From: Tubiluchus corallicola | Lineage: Eukaryota > Animalia > Priapulida | DNA length: 64,000 nt | Assembly (NCBI GenBank): GCA_030141605.1 | Contig: JAQGDQ010000925.1 | Location: 1 to 64,000, forward strand | Reading direction: 5' to 3' | In this document: positions 12,256 through 23,471 of the stretch, piece by piece | How positions within the stretch are numbered: position 1 is the first letter of the stretch | How the letters are laid out: every line of letters starts with the position of its first letter | The notes under the pieces: generated by a model | The model's input: only the letters and a program-made list of their open reading frames with translations | Told to the model about the DNA's origin: nothing | The model's database searches: none | Made by a program: the position numbers and the translations under genes

Positions 12256-13464
12256 AAAATTTTCAGATTTTTTTGTTTAGTATTGCTTTCACGCGTTTAT
12301 ACAATTAAAAAGTAAATTAAATTAGGAACTTGAACTAGTTTTTTTCTGTCACAGAGAAGCTTGAATGTAAAATTACTTTCTAAGGTCCGCCTACAGTTAA
12401 CTTCTGCAATTTTTTACGTTCTTATCCTTGTATTGTTAAGATCCCCTCACAGGGCAAAATTTATTGTAGTCGCCCTCAGTTATTGAGCAATGTCAATTAT
12501 TTTAGGTCGTTTACCATGGAACATCCGTGCAAAATGAACAGAAAACAATACAGTAAGCGGGAACTGAATTTAAGTTCCTTTTTGATGCACAGAAACTTAT
12601 AATGTGAACTTCTTTCTGTAAAGTCAAAAGAACTAGAAACTTACATTAGCCCCTTTTGTCACGGGAGAAGTTTGAACTGGAATTAGTCCCTTTTCTCGCC
12701 CATAGATCTAGGAACTGAAACTAATTCCTATAGCTGAAGAGCTTTTATAACCTTGCTGTTACCTCCTTTCGGAAAGTACCTGGCGCAGTAGCTTACTGGC
12801 ATTCTTTTTAAGTAATCAATCCACGATCAATATCCATCAAAATTCAATAACCACATTAAGACATAAATAACCAGGGACGCGAACAGGAACTTTAAATAGG
12901 CAAGGTGCAAAAGTTAAGAGTTCTCTTAAAAGTTTGCCGCCCTGAACTTGGATCTGCCGGACGTCAAGTGTCTGAGTGGTGAGAGTCCCGTTGACCAGTC
13001 CGGAAACTACAAAGTTCTCTAAGGTTTGCAAGGTTTGCGTAGTTAAGCATGCACGCCATGATTCCAAAAGATCGGGTATCAAAATGAGTTAATGACTAAG
13101 CTAGAAATGTGAATGCATGGAACAAATTGCATTGCTAAACTGAATATAGGGGTGCAATGCTGTCATTTAGTAAACAGAAGACTCTTGCATCAAGCAAAGA
13201 ATGCACAGCTTCAGATCAGACAGCATGCGAACCGATAATAGAGGAAAACAGAAAATCGGCATCAAAAATTAACCTCTAATTCTATGTTCCCTGTAAAATA
13301 ATTGTCCATCTACAATAAAACTCACTCACATAGCAAACGCATTTCATTATCATTCCATTTTGCACATTCTAACGTATTTGCATAAACGCATGCATTTGTT
13401 TATTAGTATATAATATTGTACAATTGCTTTTGGTTTTATGTTATTTTGTACAGCATGTATTTAT

Positions 13465-13775
13465 GTCTGTCACTGTTTCGGCTATCTTAGCAACCATCCT
13501 CAGCAGATCAAAACCTACAAACAAAAGCAAAATGGATCTACTTTAGAAATTGAAATTATAAGCCACAAAAACGAACGTACAACTTAAACTTTAGGAAATG
13601 TGGAAAAGAGATCATCATCCTTACAGTTACTGAAAAAGTTAAGCTACAGTTCCGTATCCAAATTATTGCACGTTTATGTTGCCTAAAGTTCAGTTTGTAA
13701 AAAAGATCCATTCTGCTTTTGTTTCTAGGTTTTGATCTGTAGAAGATGACTGCTATGACAGCCGAAGCGATCAGA
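13465..13775. repeat. ~310-bp imperfect palindrome with hammerhead-like motifs at both ends (Penelope-like terminus remnant)
   Basis: cagatcaaaacctacaaacaaaagcaaaatggatc at ~13504 pairs with gatccattctgcttttgtttctaggttttgatctg at ~13705. The left end read on the minus strand is CTGAGGA-TGGTTG-ctaaga-TAGCC-GAAAC. Confidence 0.7.
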
Positions 13776-15702
13776 ATAAATTTTAAGGCTACTGCTTTAC
13801 TGCTTCGTTGGTGTTATTTCTTATTAGTTTTGTTTTATTTTATTTTATACTCGCTTTTATTTCTTGTTAAAGGAGTTTGATAAGTTTTTAGACTGTTATC
13901 CGCTACTACGTTTTATTCATTTTTTTCTTGTTATTGTTACTTTTTGCCACTTTTATGGTGTTCAATAAAAGTACTACAATTACTACTAATAATGTAATTT
14001 ATCAAAAAGTCTTTTTGTCAATGATGCTTACCAATGATAAATTTCACAGGATACTTACCTTGCTGGATTGCTGGCTCTCTCTAAAATTAATACTATGTCC
14101 ACTTTACACAGTAATCTTATCTACTATGTATCAGTTTCACTTTTGCCTTGGCTGTCTACCTAGATATTATTATACTGAAAAATTCTGGTACCACTGTCAC
14201 TTTTCTTTAGAGAAATTTGCCTCAGAACACGGGTCAGTTTTTAAACTCGACGTGCTAATAATTAGCCTACTCACCTACTGCGTAGCGCGATAGATTCTGA
14301 ATTTAAACGTTCTGTTTTTCTTTTTAAGTATTTAACCGAAATTGCAACATGTCAAAGCCTGCTGGCTGTTGGACCTGCATTAGCCTATTTCGTTATTTAG
14401 GACTCGTGGCGAAATTTTGCTGCAACTAAATAGTTGCGCGTTGCATAGATGTATGTCGGTTTAACATCACTGAAATTTACACAAATTAAAAAATTCTGCA
14501 TTTTCTGAACAACAACATTATTATTGCCTTCTTGCTTCATTTAACCTGTAGTGTATGTTAGATATTTTTATGTTGTGAAGGTCTTGAAATCCATAGTCTT
14601 ATTCACCTGTTTGTGTTGTAATGAATAGGGTCAACATACTCATTTTTGTTAGTTTTGGCCGATAAAAAATTTTAATGAGCGGCCTAGCTAAAAAGCATCA
14701 TTTACGAGTATCAATATATAGACTACATGATAAAGTGGAAAAAATATGGCTTCTATAATGCAATATGATGCTCAAGCAGCTCAACCTAAATTCACGTTTA
14801 ATAGAAATTAAATAAAATCGTTTTCAAATTGGCTTTTAGATGTTTCTAACAGTTGTTTCATTCAATGGCGCCTTAATATTTAATAAAATGTTTTAAATCG
14901 AAGGAATACAGAAGTAGTTTACCTGTCTAGTTTTGCTGACGTAAATATTATATTTGGTAAAAAATTAATCAAAAATATGTGCGTTTGTAACTTCATTTTT
15001 TGGAGTTTTTTTATTCATGAGTATTACGAAGACTTATTGTTGCGAAAAGTAATTAAACTAGTTGAAAACAGAAACGACGTATCTGTAAAAATACCTACGG
15101 ATAAAAACGTCCAAGACATCTCGCTGACACAAAAATTACTGTAACAATAATTAATATAAGACATCTTTTTGCAACGGTAATTAATAAGTTAGAGAATTTT
15201 CCCAGTTAATTCATTAATTTAATTTTGTACCTGCTCATAACAAGAAGTATACATGAACGCTTGCAAAAAACGCTTTTCGTCATTCGCAGTTTTTCAGAAT
15301 CTTAATTTTAGTTGGAAAAATGAAAATACGGTCATAGAAGTCAAAATATCGACAAATCGACCTCATGTATACCGGCATCTAACTTGTCAAATTATCAATG
15401 CAAATACTAAATATTTAAAGGACAAGAAATGAGAATTTTGAAGTGTCTCAAAAAATTGTTCGCGTCAGCTATTAAAACGTCAGTGTTTCACTATCCGATT
15501 GTACACTAAAAAACATGATCATCATTAATCTTATTCACGCATAAATAATTTTTATTGTTATTGTTTAGTTATCGAAGCGTTCGCTTCGAATTTTCAGGTT
15601 ATTTTAGAATTATTTTCAGAATTTTTTCGAGTTTCATGCAAAATTATCTAAGCTTGTTCCAAATCATTAACATTTTATCTAAATGACTGTCAGAATGGCT
15701 AT

Positions 15703-15815
15703 GCCTAACGGGTCACCACGGGAGTTTAAATTTACATGTTTTATACAGAGTTACTGCTAAAGTAGACTCTGTATGCCATAAGACAGCGCGCAGATAATGC
15801 AAAATTTCAAGACGA
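15703..15815. repeat. Dispersed repeat, with a second copy at ~52409-52520
   Basis: gcctaacgg(g)tca..cgggagtttaaatttaca.gtt.tatacag.gttac...aaatttcaagacga is shared by both loci. Confidence 0.7.
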
Positions 15816-18386
15816 CCAATCTTGCACCATCAACATTGCAAAAAATAATAATCAATAAATAAAAAATCGATTTTCGACGGGCGTCATCGATGGGAGGACA
15901 AAACAAATCAATCCAACTTGCAAGATTCAACCGTGGCTCTCAACTGACGCAGTAAGAGGATTAGTTTTTTTCACTGGTAGATGGAGACACAATGCATTAT
16001 CCATCTTGGAAACCTACAAAAGGACAGTCATTGAATAATGGAAATTACTGGCATTTTGTGCAGCTTATGTGCTACATCTTGGATACCTTTAAATAAAAAA
16101 CAAAACGAAATTGTAGTGTTTTTGAACACATGTACTAAATCCCCAAAATTTCATTAGAGGAAACATGCATATAAATAGGCCTAATGTTCAAAATATTCTT
16201 TGTTTGTATAATCCTACTGGACGCAGTCAATAATTGTTGCATTCACTACTAGGAATAAATTCCCAAGAGATACAAGGAAAGGCAAATAAATATCACACAA
16301 ATCAGGACACAAAATCAAGACATTGGGCTTTTCAATTGCTACAGGCATGCAAATAATAATTAAAGCCGCTAGCCCTGAAAGCCACTGGAAGACGTTTACT
16401 GCGGTTTAGCGCCACCTATTGCCAAACTAGTAAAATAATGAAATGTGGGTAAAAGTAATTAGTACCAGTTTAAAAACTCCCAGCTGAGTAAATATAGGCC
16501 TAGAGCAGATGGGGCATACAGACTATGCATTTTTGGATTTAATCCTAAAAGTTATCCAGTCAATCCAGGATGATGAATCACCCTCTACAGGCAAAAATAG
16601 AAGAAATTTTGATAACAAAATTGTCCGCACATCAACATTGATAATTAGCCAGACACTAAATAATGAACTGGTCCCTTAATTGAGTCTTTTAGATGTGTTT
16701 TATATGGGCTAACGCGGCGTAGATTATGCTCCTTTTATTACTGCTGAATCGACTAAATATCGTGAGCAATGTCAGTAAAAATTGCATGCAAAGCCACGCA
16801 TGTAGAGGGCAGTTCTCTCAACAGGGGACGCCACCGTGCATGCACCCGCAGAAACTACGTCACGAATAGATCCTATATTGAGACCCCAGATTTCCACAGT
16901 TTTCTTGTTTAGTGAAAACTCTTCATAAAATAATAACACTTTGTTAATAACCAGAGCAGCGAGGTAGAGTGGGCGGGGGGGGGGTGTTTAAACAACTCTC
17001 CCGGGCTGAGAGCGCCTACGCTTGCACCAATTTTATGAGCCCCGTTTCAAAACGCCATCAAAATAATACAGTATGCACCCAGTAATAAAAATATCAACAT
17101 TTCCATCACTTACATTATCAACAGATTGCCATCTAGTGCAGTTAAAGTTGAAGTTCTCAGTATCGAAAAAATTAAAAATAAATTTCAAGGAATAACAAAC
17201 CATCGTGAATGCGCGGTGTTTCTGTAATGCAACTGATATCTAGTCATGTCATCTCATTAGAACTTTGTTTAACTATTCTGTTCTGCTGAAGTCTTTCTGG
17301 CACTAGTAATAAAGGTTTACGGAAACCATTGTAGTTAATCGTATTGGTTGCTTAATTATTTCTTTTATGTTTCGACATATACAAAGTTATAAACTAACTA
17401 TGCATAATTATGATCATCTAATTAGGCTTAGGCCTACTGTTTTACATATATATATATATATATATATATATGTACTCAGATTTATCATTTTTCTGTAAAT
17501 TAGAAGGGGTAGAATTTATATAGGAAACTTGATACTAAACTGGCGAAAACTGACAAGTTTAGTTGGCAAGATAAGTCCACAAGTTTGCACATCCTCATAA
17601 CTTTATTTAATTTGGAGGGTTAGATTTAAGTGCCAGATACACCATTACAATCACAGTCAAATTTTTATTGGTCTACTAGCACAAACCTGCTCAAATGACA
17701 GATATTAAAACCAATTTTTCTAAATGGCCGTCGAAAATTTAATAACGGACTTTTGAGAACAGTTGCTGAATATAGCAGTTTGCTGAATATCACTGTCGCC
17801 ATTGTGATGTCTGTCAGAGCAGAATTTAGGCCCCTCCCTCTCCACAACTGGTGCTTAGTTACACTTTTTAAGGTAATCGTTTCTTACTCCTGTTGCTGGC
17901 TAAATGGCTGAGGATCGATGGCGAGGATTTACCAACTCTTTCTGCAGTAAAGATTCTGCTGTTTATCTCCCTTTCATAAACAGATTTGCCGTTTTATTGG
18001 AGACGTTCACCGGCGATGAATGGACGGCTTGTAAACGGCTTTACGACGTTGATTGATGGTGGCGCGCACTATCGGCCGTCAAGCGTAACGCGACAGCGCA
18101 TTGCTGAGTGCAGCAGCAATCATAACGTGCGAAGAGTACAAGTCTCTGTGCGTAATTTGTTAGCGTTGTTTGGTGATTACTATATAGGAATTTACGGACG
18201 CTGAACATCACGAAGTCAACTGGCAAGCTTCAGTATCATTCTACACTTGCAAAAATGCTTTAAGTGATTACGTGTTATTATTTTGAAAAAATTGCGAGTT
18301 TCTAAATCTTTGAAAAGCATGCGTCAACGGAATTGCGTCGGTGGTATCTCGTGATACGGATTTTTGGATGGATTTCTGTATGGATC

Positions 18387-18468
18387 ATGGTACCGTTTCG
18401 TTATCACGGTCCAGGACCTGGGATTTTTCTCTTCACCTTTTACTTTTCTTGGCAAGTCTATTATCAAG
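18387..18468 (+). CDS. RGM: RGM exon 1 (signal peptide region, MVPFRYHGPGPGIFLFTFYFSWQVYYQ)
   Basis: ATG at 18387 and donor AAG/gtatga at 18469. Phase 1 joins in frame to the first AG after the polypyrimidine tract at 21104. CpG-rich upstream region at ~18000-18240. An alternative reading is described in findings. Confidence 0.6.
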
Positions 18469-18754
18469 GTATGACCATCGCAGTGACGTTGTAATTGTTA
18501 CATAATTAATTAGTAATTATGTTTTATCCAAGAATTATTGATAAGATATGCATCTATTGTCACGAATATGATCATTCAGTATTAGCACTACTGCTTAAGT
18601 GGTTAATTGATAAGGCAGTGACTTTGTCGAAATGTATGATGTATGCAAGAGTGATGATGATTTTTTCGTCCAGAAATTTTTTAAATAAAGTGTGTGAGCG
18701 TATTTTTAAAGAAAGAGTGTGTGAAACGCCTGTATTTTAAAGGAATATGTGTAA

Positions 18755-18772
18755 GAGAGAGAGAGAGAGAGA

Positions 18773-18826
<54 letters not shown>
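18755..18826. repeat. (GA)n microsatellite. Others: (GA) 22219-22270, (CA)/(CG) 23335-23469, (CT) 28653-28686, (TATG) 33870-33940, (TA) 34181-34223
   Basis: Directly visible. Confidence 0.95.
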
Positions 18827-18830
<4 letters not shown>

Positions 18831-21104
18831 GGACAAAGAGGACAAAGAGGAAGAGACAGCAAGAGAAAGATACAGTTGATCCATTTTTAAATTCTTAAAA
18901 TAACGAAAAGCAATTGTAGCAATTGTAGATAAGGTAACTGGGCCCGTTATCTCGTTATTTTCATAGATTTAAAATTGGTGACAGTATAATATTTTCTCAA
19001 GTAAACATCTAGTTCGCCTTATTCTTTCATTGTATATTTGCACAAGCTTTTGCAGATTTACTGTAGAATAATTATGTGCTTCGACATAGCTTAGAGAAAA
19101 AGTCCACGTTCGTTCTGCAACTTCATATATGCGTATATTCGATGTGCTATTTTTGAAGTCTTCTTTTGGTCCGGTCTGTTAACTGAAAAGGGGGGATTGA
19201 TTGGACACAACTGTCAAACTTTCAGAAATGATTCTTTAGGCGATTCTAACAGCGTTTTGGGCATTTTTACAAAATTCGCTTTTTGGCCCGCTGTCCCGGG
19301 ACACTTAAAATTCAAGAAATGGTCCTACACTTTGGAGGTTTATAATTCCAAAAACGCTCGCAGAAGCACACTTGGCTATTATTAAGGACGAATAGGATGT
19401 GTACTTTCATTTGGTGGTACGATTAGCGACCTTGGAACAGACAAAGTTGCCAAATTACGTCATCAGTACCCTCAATCTATTTTACAAATTCAATAATCTG
19501 GTCTGTTGGCCGAAAAAAGAGAACTGACTGGAGTGATTTGGCGTTACTTTTATATCATACAATAGCTATACGAATTTGTGAAGAAAGACCTCGTGTTGTC
19601 TGATTTTATATACTGCAGCTACATAAGATAATAATACTGTCATCATATACCACCTCGAGAGGCGTCTGGTATCTTCTTCTCTTGGCAATTAGTTGCGCCT
19701 GCAGAAACTGTACGAGTATGCAGCTCTAGCACAGCTGCAACGCATTTACTCGAGGTGATAATCCATGGACGATAGATTAGTCAACTGCCTTAGCTACACC
19801 ACATGTATTGCCTACTGTAAATATTTCACTTAATTATGCGTATAGGAAACTGTTTAGCTGCAACTATCAGCAGGCCAAGCATAGGATGTTCGTGTAATGT
19901 ATCAGGCCAAATAATCGTCTACTAACATCATTGTACATGTAGTGTATCAATTTTATTTGCGAATAAAATGCATAATAACAATTATTATTATTACAGGAAA
20001 ATGCCACTGTCTTATATATTTATACAATAAGCTTTTTCACAGTTCCATTGATTGATGACTATCGTGAAAGGTCAAAGGTTAACTGTACCAGACAAGCATT
20101 TGTGTACACTTGACAGCCTCACCGCTCATGCTATTTTAATAGTAACAGCTAGCTAGAAACTTTTCTATTTCATTTTTTCTTGTTCCCAAGCAAGCTCCTA
20201 CTAGTAAATCCTTCTACACACAGACTAATGCATAAATAAGTAAAGTCCATATAAAACAACTGAACTGATGGCAAACGGCGTTGCTTTACCGACACGTCAC
20301 GTGACACTTGTAGTTAAGATGCATTGCTGTGATACACTTAATCTTTGACCTGCAGCAACTGCACGTGTGCACAACAAAACTGTGAAAAGGCTTATTTTTT
20401 AAGTATTCACGACTATGAATGTATTACCATTATCTCTACAATTTACCCCGTCATATCTAAAACTTACAACAAAGTTTTCATCCGAACACATTAAAAACTA
20501 TTATTGTGGTCGTTGTGGATGGAGATTTGTTAAGTAAAAACTTCAAGTAATGACCAAAATATCAGTTTATACTTGTGCTGTATTAAACACAAACCCACAA
20601 ATCGTAAGCATTTTCTTAGCACATAAAAGACATAATTTGCAGACTGACTTATAGAACAGCGTTTTGCCACTTAGTCACAATATTAGATTGTCATTCCTCA
20701 CACCCAGCTTGGGATCTGTGACCCTTGCCTGTAAAGCCACAACTGTGAATTGTCTTCATCGAAGGTCATTCTTACATAAGTACTACATGGATCGTTGTCA
20801 CATCGTTAATACACAAATTCTTAATGATGCATGATAAACCTTGCATATTTACCATAAGATGTGCCACAGCCATGCAACTGTGTAATGACACCAAATCCTA
20901 TCTTTTGACAACTGCACAGTCTATCAAACTGCTACAGTTAATACTGATAATCAATAATGTACGAACATTCTCATAGTTTCTGTACTCATAACTGAATACA
21001 GGTCTGCGTACTGTTAATAATTACTTAACGAGGGCGAATAATTTGTGGCTACATTTGGCGCGTAGTAAATCGGTTATAATGTCTCTTATTTCTCTCATTT
21101 ATAG

Positions 21105-21661
21105 GTGCAGCAATAGCCAGATCTTCCTGTAAAGTCGACCAGTGCAGCCAACAGTACGAAATAGGGATGCAGGGGGGCCGCGTGGAAAGAGGTCCCAACC
21201 TCGATTACTGCCGTGTGTTACAGGCATACGCTGAATGCATTCGGGGTACTGGACGCAAGTGTCGTGGAAACATCCAGTACCACACCACATCCACTCTTGT
21301 GGAGGCGTGGACGCTACAGTACAACTGCTCATACATTGTTCTTAATGCTCATATATTTGAATCAACAATGAGATCTCATAGACCTCGAGACAGAGAACAG
21401 CCCATCTGTGATTATAAACATAGAAAACATAGAAACCGACATTCCCATGGTAAAGACCATTTGAGAAATGCGAGTACTTCTGTGAATAAAGGATACGTGT
21501 ACTGTGGGCTGTTTGGCGACCCTCACTTGCGGACATTCAGTGGTGAATATCAGACATGTAGGGTCAAAGGGGCATGGCCCCTCCTGAACAACAAACATCT
21601 GGCTATACAGGTAACCAATGAGGAGGTGATTCCTGGATCCAGTGCTACAGCTACAACAAAG
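21105..21661 (+). CDS. RGM: RGM exon 2: N-terminal Cys-rich RGM domain and start of the vWD-like domain
   Basis: CKVDQC...YCRVLQAYAECIRGTGRKCRGNIQYH...YNCS and CGLFGDPHLRTF...QTCRVKGAWPLLNNKHLAIQVTN...SSATATTK are diagnostic RGM motifs. The GDPH autocleavage site is at 21515-21526. Acceptor tttatag at 21104, donor AAG/gtaatc at 21662. Confidence 0.95.
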
Positions 21662-22215
21662 GTAATCATTGATACTGAAAACGTTTAATTTGGAAGATGT
21701 TCAAGAGTCAGTGTCATGCCAATCCCAACTGAACTGTGTAAACTTTAATCTTTCATTAAAGGAACCTAATTCAAAATATTTTCATTGGCTATGTTAGCTG
21801 CTAAATGTTCATTGACATTGTTTAATGGGGACTTCTAAATTGTACTAGAATGACTTTTAAATATCTGTTATATATAAAACGGCAACTTTGGCATACCATT
21901 GTGGTTTTAAAAGTTGAGCAGCGACAAGTCTGTTGAGTGTTTGCATTGGTGGTTGCTGATGGACCTTGAAATAGTTCTCCCTCAGTAGGCTAAGTTGCAT
22001 CCAGTGTCAAATGAGTTAGGTATTTATAAAGAGAAATGATTATAAAAACATCTAGAGTTTAAAAAGAGAACTGTAATGAAAGATTACATACAATAATAAG
22101 AATGGCAAGTAAAAATAACAGAGAGACGTGGAGAGAAGGAAAGAGCAAGAGAGCATAAAGGAGGGAGAGAGAAATTGAGGGGGACTGAGGAGAAAAAGGC
22201 AAAAAGAGAGGGGGG

Positions 22216-22272
<57 letters not shown>

Positions 22273-23350
22273 GGACAAAAACAGGAAAGCATAAGGAGAA
22301 AATGAAGAATAACGATTCAGTACCATGTGCAAGCAATTGACTGGAGAGTCATCTACATACTTACGGTGCCTGTAGATGCATTTCACAACTTAATGTCAGT
22401 CAGACGGGCTAATGATTTGTTTATATGCCCCAGATTGCTTCAGTCTGTTTCCGTGCTTCAGTGACGTCATTGTATTTTTTACATGGCGGACTAAACAAAG
22501 TGTTCATTCATAGACACTCGCAAAATTTCACTCGTTCTTATGAAATTGAAGCTCTTTCCACAAAGTTAACGGCAAAGTCACGGAGATGGTAGGTGTTACC
22601 GTAACTTAGGTTCGCGCACATGCAGCAATAGGGTGTTGAGATCTACCTGAAATTAACTTCACCTTAAACGGTGTGGACATTATTCTGTAATTCATAAATG
22701 GTAAAGAATCACAGATGAAATTTCAGTTTTTTGTTGTTGGTGTACCAATTACAATTTTACATCACATCCTTAATAATTATACAATATACACTACTTATAC
22801 GTCGTTAAATACAATTATAAATCATTAACTGTCTGACAGCGTGGGGAATGTGTTTAAAGGCGACTTTAAAACGCTTTCCCCATCTTAATTTTTTTACAAC
22901 TTTTCATTAGTTTTTCTGGCTCATAGTCCATCATCCTGCTACTGCCAAAAATTTCAAAGCATCAGTCAATATTATAACTGGTCCCCTGAAAAAATAAATA
23001 TGACAGGCAAAACCAAGTATTATAATTTATCCAAATCTAACGTCATAATCTGGTAATGTCAAATGCTTCAACATTCTAATTGTACATACCCTATTTGCAC
23101 CTAAAACTCATACCACAACAGACAGCTTGTATTATTTGATTTTTTTTATTATTGTCTGTCTCTGTCTCCTTGCTAAATTTTGAAGCATGACGACCTAAAC
23201 CTGTAACTTTTTTTGCGTAGTTGCGAATGTCAGTTCGATATCAGTATCATTCATAACATTCGTAACAAAGTGTTTCGACGCGGTATAGCCGTATAGAAAT
23301 TGTTAATCATAATTACATTAACATATACAAGCTCAGACACGCGCGCGCGT

Positions 23351-23385
<35 letters not shown>

Positions 23386-23422
23386 CACCCCCCCCCCACA
23401 CACACACACACACTCACTCACG

Positions 23423-23471
<49 letters not shown>

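Noticed and set aside
21099-21598. Minus-strand ORFs over RGM exon 2 (and 29113-29488 over exon 3)
   Set aside because: Antisense shadows of a real coding exon.
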